DNA from: an uncultured Chloroflexia bacterium
GTDB taxonomy: Bacteria; Chloroflexota; Dehalococcoidia; Dehalococcoidales; RBG-16-60-22
Assembly: GCA_963739515.1 (NCBI GenBank)
Contig: CAVUAO010000003.1
Span: forward strand, 9,891-73,890
Length of the DNA: 64,000 nt
Reading direction: 5' to 3'
The translations under genes were made by a program, and so were the position numbers. This document shows positions 62,868-64,000 of the stretch, piece after piece. Within the stretch, counting starts at the first letter, position 1; each line of letters starts with the position of its first letter. The notes beneath the pieces are model-generated. The model was not told where the DNA came from. It saw only the letters and a list, made by a program, of their open reading frames with translations, and ran no database searches.

Positions 62868-64000
62868 ATGAAAGTACCGTTGAACTGGCTCAAAGACTAC
62901 ACGGACGTTACCCTGCCGGCGGCCGAGCTTGCCGATAAGCTGACGATGGCCGGATTTGAAGTGGCGGAAATCATCACCACCGGCGGCAACTGGGATAATA
63001 TCCTTATCGGGCAGATAACGGCGGTCAATCCCCACCCCAATGCCGACCGCCTGCACCTGGCGACGGTGGACCTGGTCCAAGAGCATGAGACCGTGGTCTG
63101 CGGCGCCCCCAATCTTAACGTGGGCGACAAGATAGCCTTCGCGCGCGCCGGCGCGAGGCTAGTGAACCCCTATAACGGGCAGGTCGAAGAACTGAAACCC
63201 GCCAAAATCCGCGGCGTCGTCTCCCGGGGCATGATTTGCTCGGAGAAAGAGCTGGGGATATCGGAAAGCCACGAAGGTATCATGGTGCTGGGGGCGGAGG
63301 CAAAAATCGGGACGGCGCTGGCCGACTACCTGGGCAACACGGTGCTGGACATCAGCGTGACCGCCAACCGGCCGGACTGCCTCTCGGTGGTGGGCATCGC
63401 CAGAGAGGTCGCCGCGCTGACCGGACAGAAAATGCACATCCCGGAAATAAAATATATGGAAACCAACGACCCGATAGAACGTCAGATAACCATAGAAATA
63501 GTCGATGCCGACCTGTGCCCACGCTACTGCGCCAGCCTGGTTACAGGCGTGAAGATAGGCGAGTCGCCAGCCTGGCTGCAGGAGAGGCTGGTGGCGGCGG
63601 GGCAGCGCCCCATCAATAACATCGTCGATATCACCAACTACGTGATGCTCGAATACGGGCAGCCGCTACACTCTTTCGACTACGACCGGCTCCGGCACAA
63701 GCGCATCATCGTGCGGCGGGCGAAAGAGGGCGATAGTTTCAATACCCTCGACGGGACGGAACGCAAGCTCAGCGGCGAAATGCTGACCATCGCCGACGGC
63801 GAACGGACGGTAGCCGTAGCGGGGGTGATGGGCGGACTCAACAGCCAGGTCACCGAAAGCACCACGTCCATCCTGCTGGAAGCCGCCAGCTTCAAAGCCG
63901 CCAGCATTCACTATACCGGGCGGAATCTCGGGCTCACCAGCGAAGCCTCGATGCGGTTCGAGCGCGGCATCAGCGCCGGCCTGACCATCCCCGCCTTGAG
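62868..64000 (+). CDS. pheT: Phenylalanyl-tRNA synthetase beta subunit (5' part; continues beyond the window)
   Basis: MKVPLNWLKDYTDVTLPAAELADKLTMAGFEVAEI…NADRLHLATVD… (tRNA-binding domain) …ANRPDCLSVVGIAREVAAL… The frame is open to the end of the window. It is not in the ORF track because no stop is reached. Confidence 0.9.
   Translation, partial: MKVPLNWLKDYTDVTLPAAELADKLTMAGFEVAEIITTGGNWDNILIGQITAVNPHPNADRLHLATVDLVQEHETVVCGAPNLNVGDKIAFARAGARLVNPYNGQVEELKPAKIRGVVSRGMICSEKELGISESHEGIMVLGAEAKIGTALADYLGNTVLDISVTANRPDCLSVVGIAREVAALTGQKMHIPEIKYMETNDPIERQITIEIVDADLCPRYCASLVTGVKIGESPAWLQERLVAAGQRPINNIVDITNYVMLEYGQPLHSFDYDRLRHKRIIVRRAKEGDSFNTLDGTERKLSGEMLTIADGERTVAVAGVMGGLNSQVTESTTSILLEAASFKAASIHYTGRNLGLTSEASMRFERGISAGLTIPAL

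Overview
This is 64 kb of a moderately GC-rich bacterial chromosome. Gene content and intergenic repeat style resemble anaerobic Chloroflexota or Dehalococcoidia-like genomes, but I cannot verify taxonomy from sequence alone. I support about 70 protein genes and two tRNAs (Leu-UAG, Gln-CUG). I see no rRNA, CRISPR array, transposase, integrase or phage genes.

Recognisable blocks, in order:
- macro-domain protein and an AT-rich type II restriction-modification islet (737-2560)
- DAHP synthase, mutM and polA
- small stress and membrane proteins (YtxH, DUF948, Dabb, DUF4342)
- pncC, and a ModE-like regulator
- a PadR regulator paired with a membrane sensor
- DegV and pepA
- mobA-moeA-mobB, rnc and Mop
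- a GAF/HD-GYP protein carrying a long K/E/A repeat
- a 1415-aa double BcrA/HgdC-type ATPase fused to a dehydratase-like domain
- plsY, lepB and pyrE
- a CARDB surface protein
- mutL and pcrA/uvrD
- ACR3, ribE-ribBA-ribH and bioY
- the conserved thrS-infC-rpmI-rplT-pheS-pheT block

Four things stand out.
1. At least a dozen conserved genes have broken reading frames, mostly single-base changes in short homopolymers plus one in-frame TAG. They are strongly clustered (2.5-9 kb, 48.7-53.5 kb), and all four DNA repair or replication genes are hit.
2. Intergenic regions are packed with modular GC-rich hairpin repeats (at least three families). One module is inserted inside another.
3. Six short arrays of 7-nt tandem repeats sit at or next to stop codons.
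4. An uncharacterised gene cluster (31.5-36.4 kb) lies between Mop and the giant activase-like gene. It holds two unknown proteins, the GAF-HD-GYP repeat protein, a ParA/MinD-like protein without a Walker A motif, and a coiled-coil protein.

I cannot name a known defence or mobile system beyond the R-M pair. The candidates for something new are flagged as inference.
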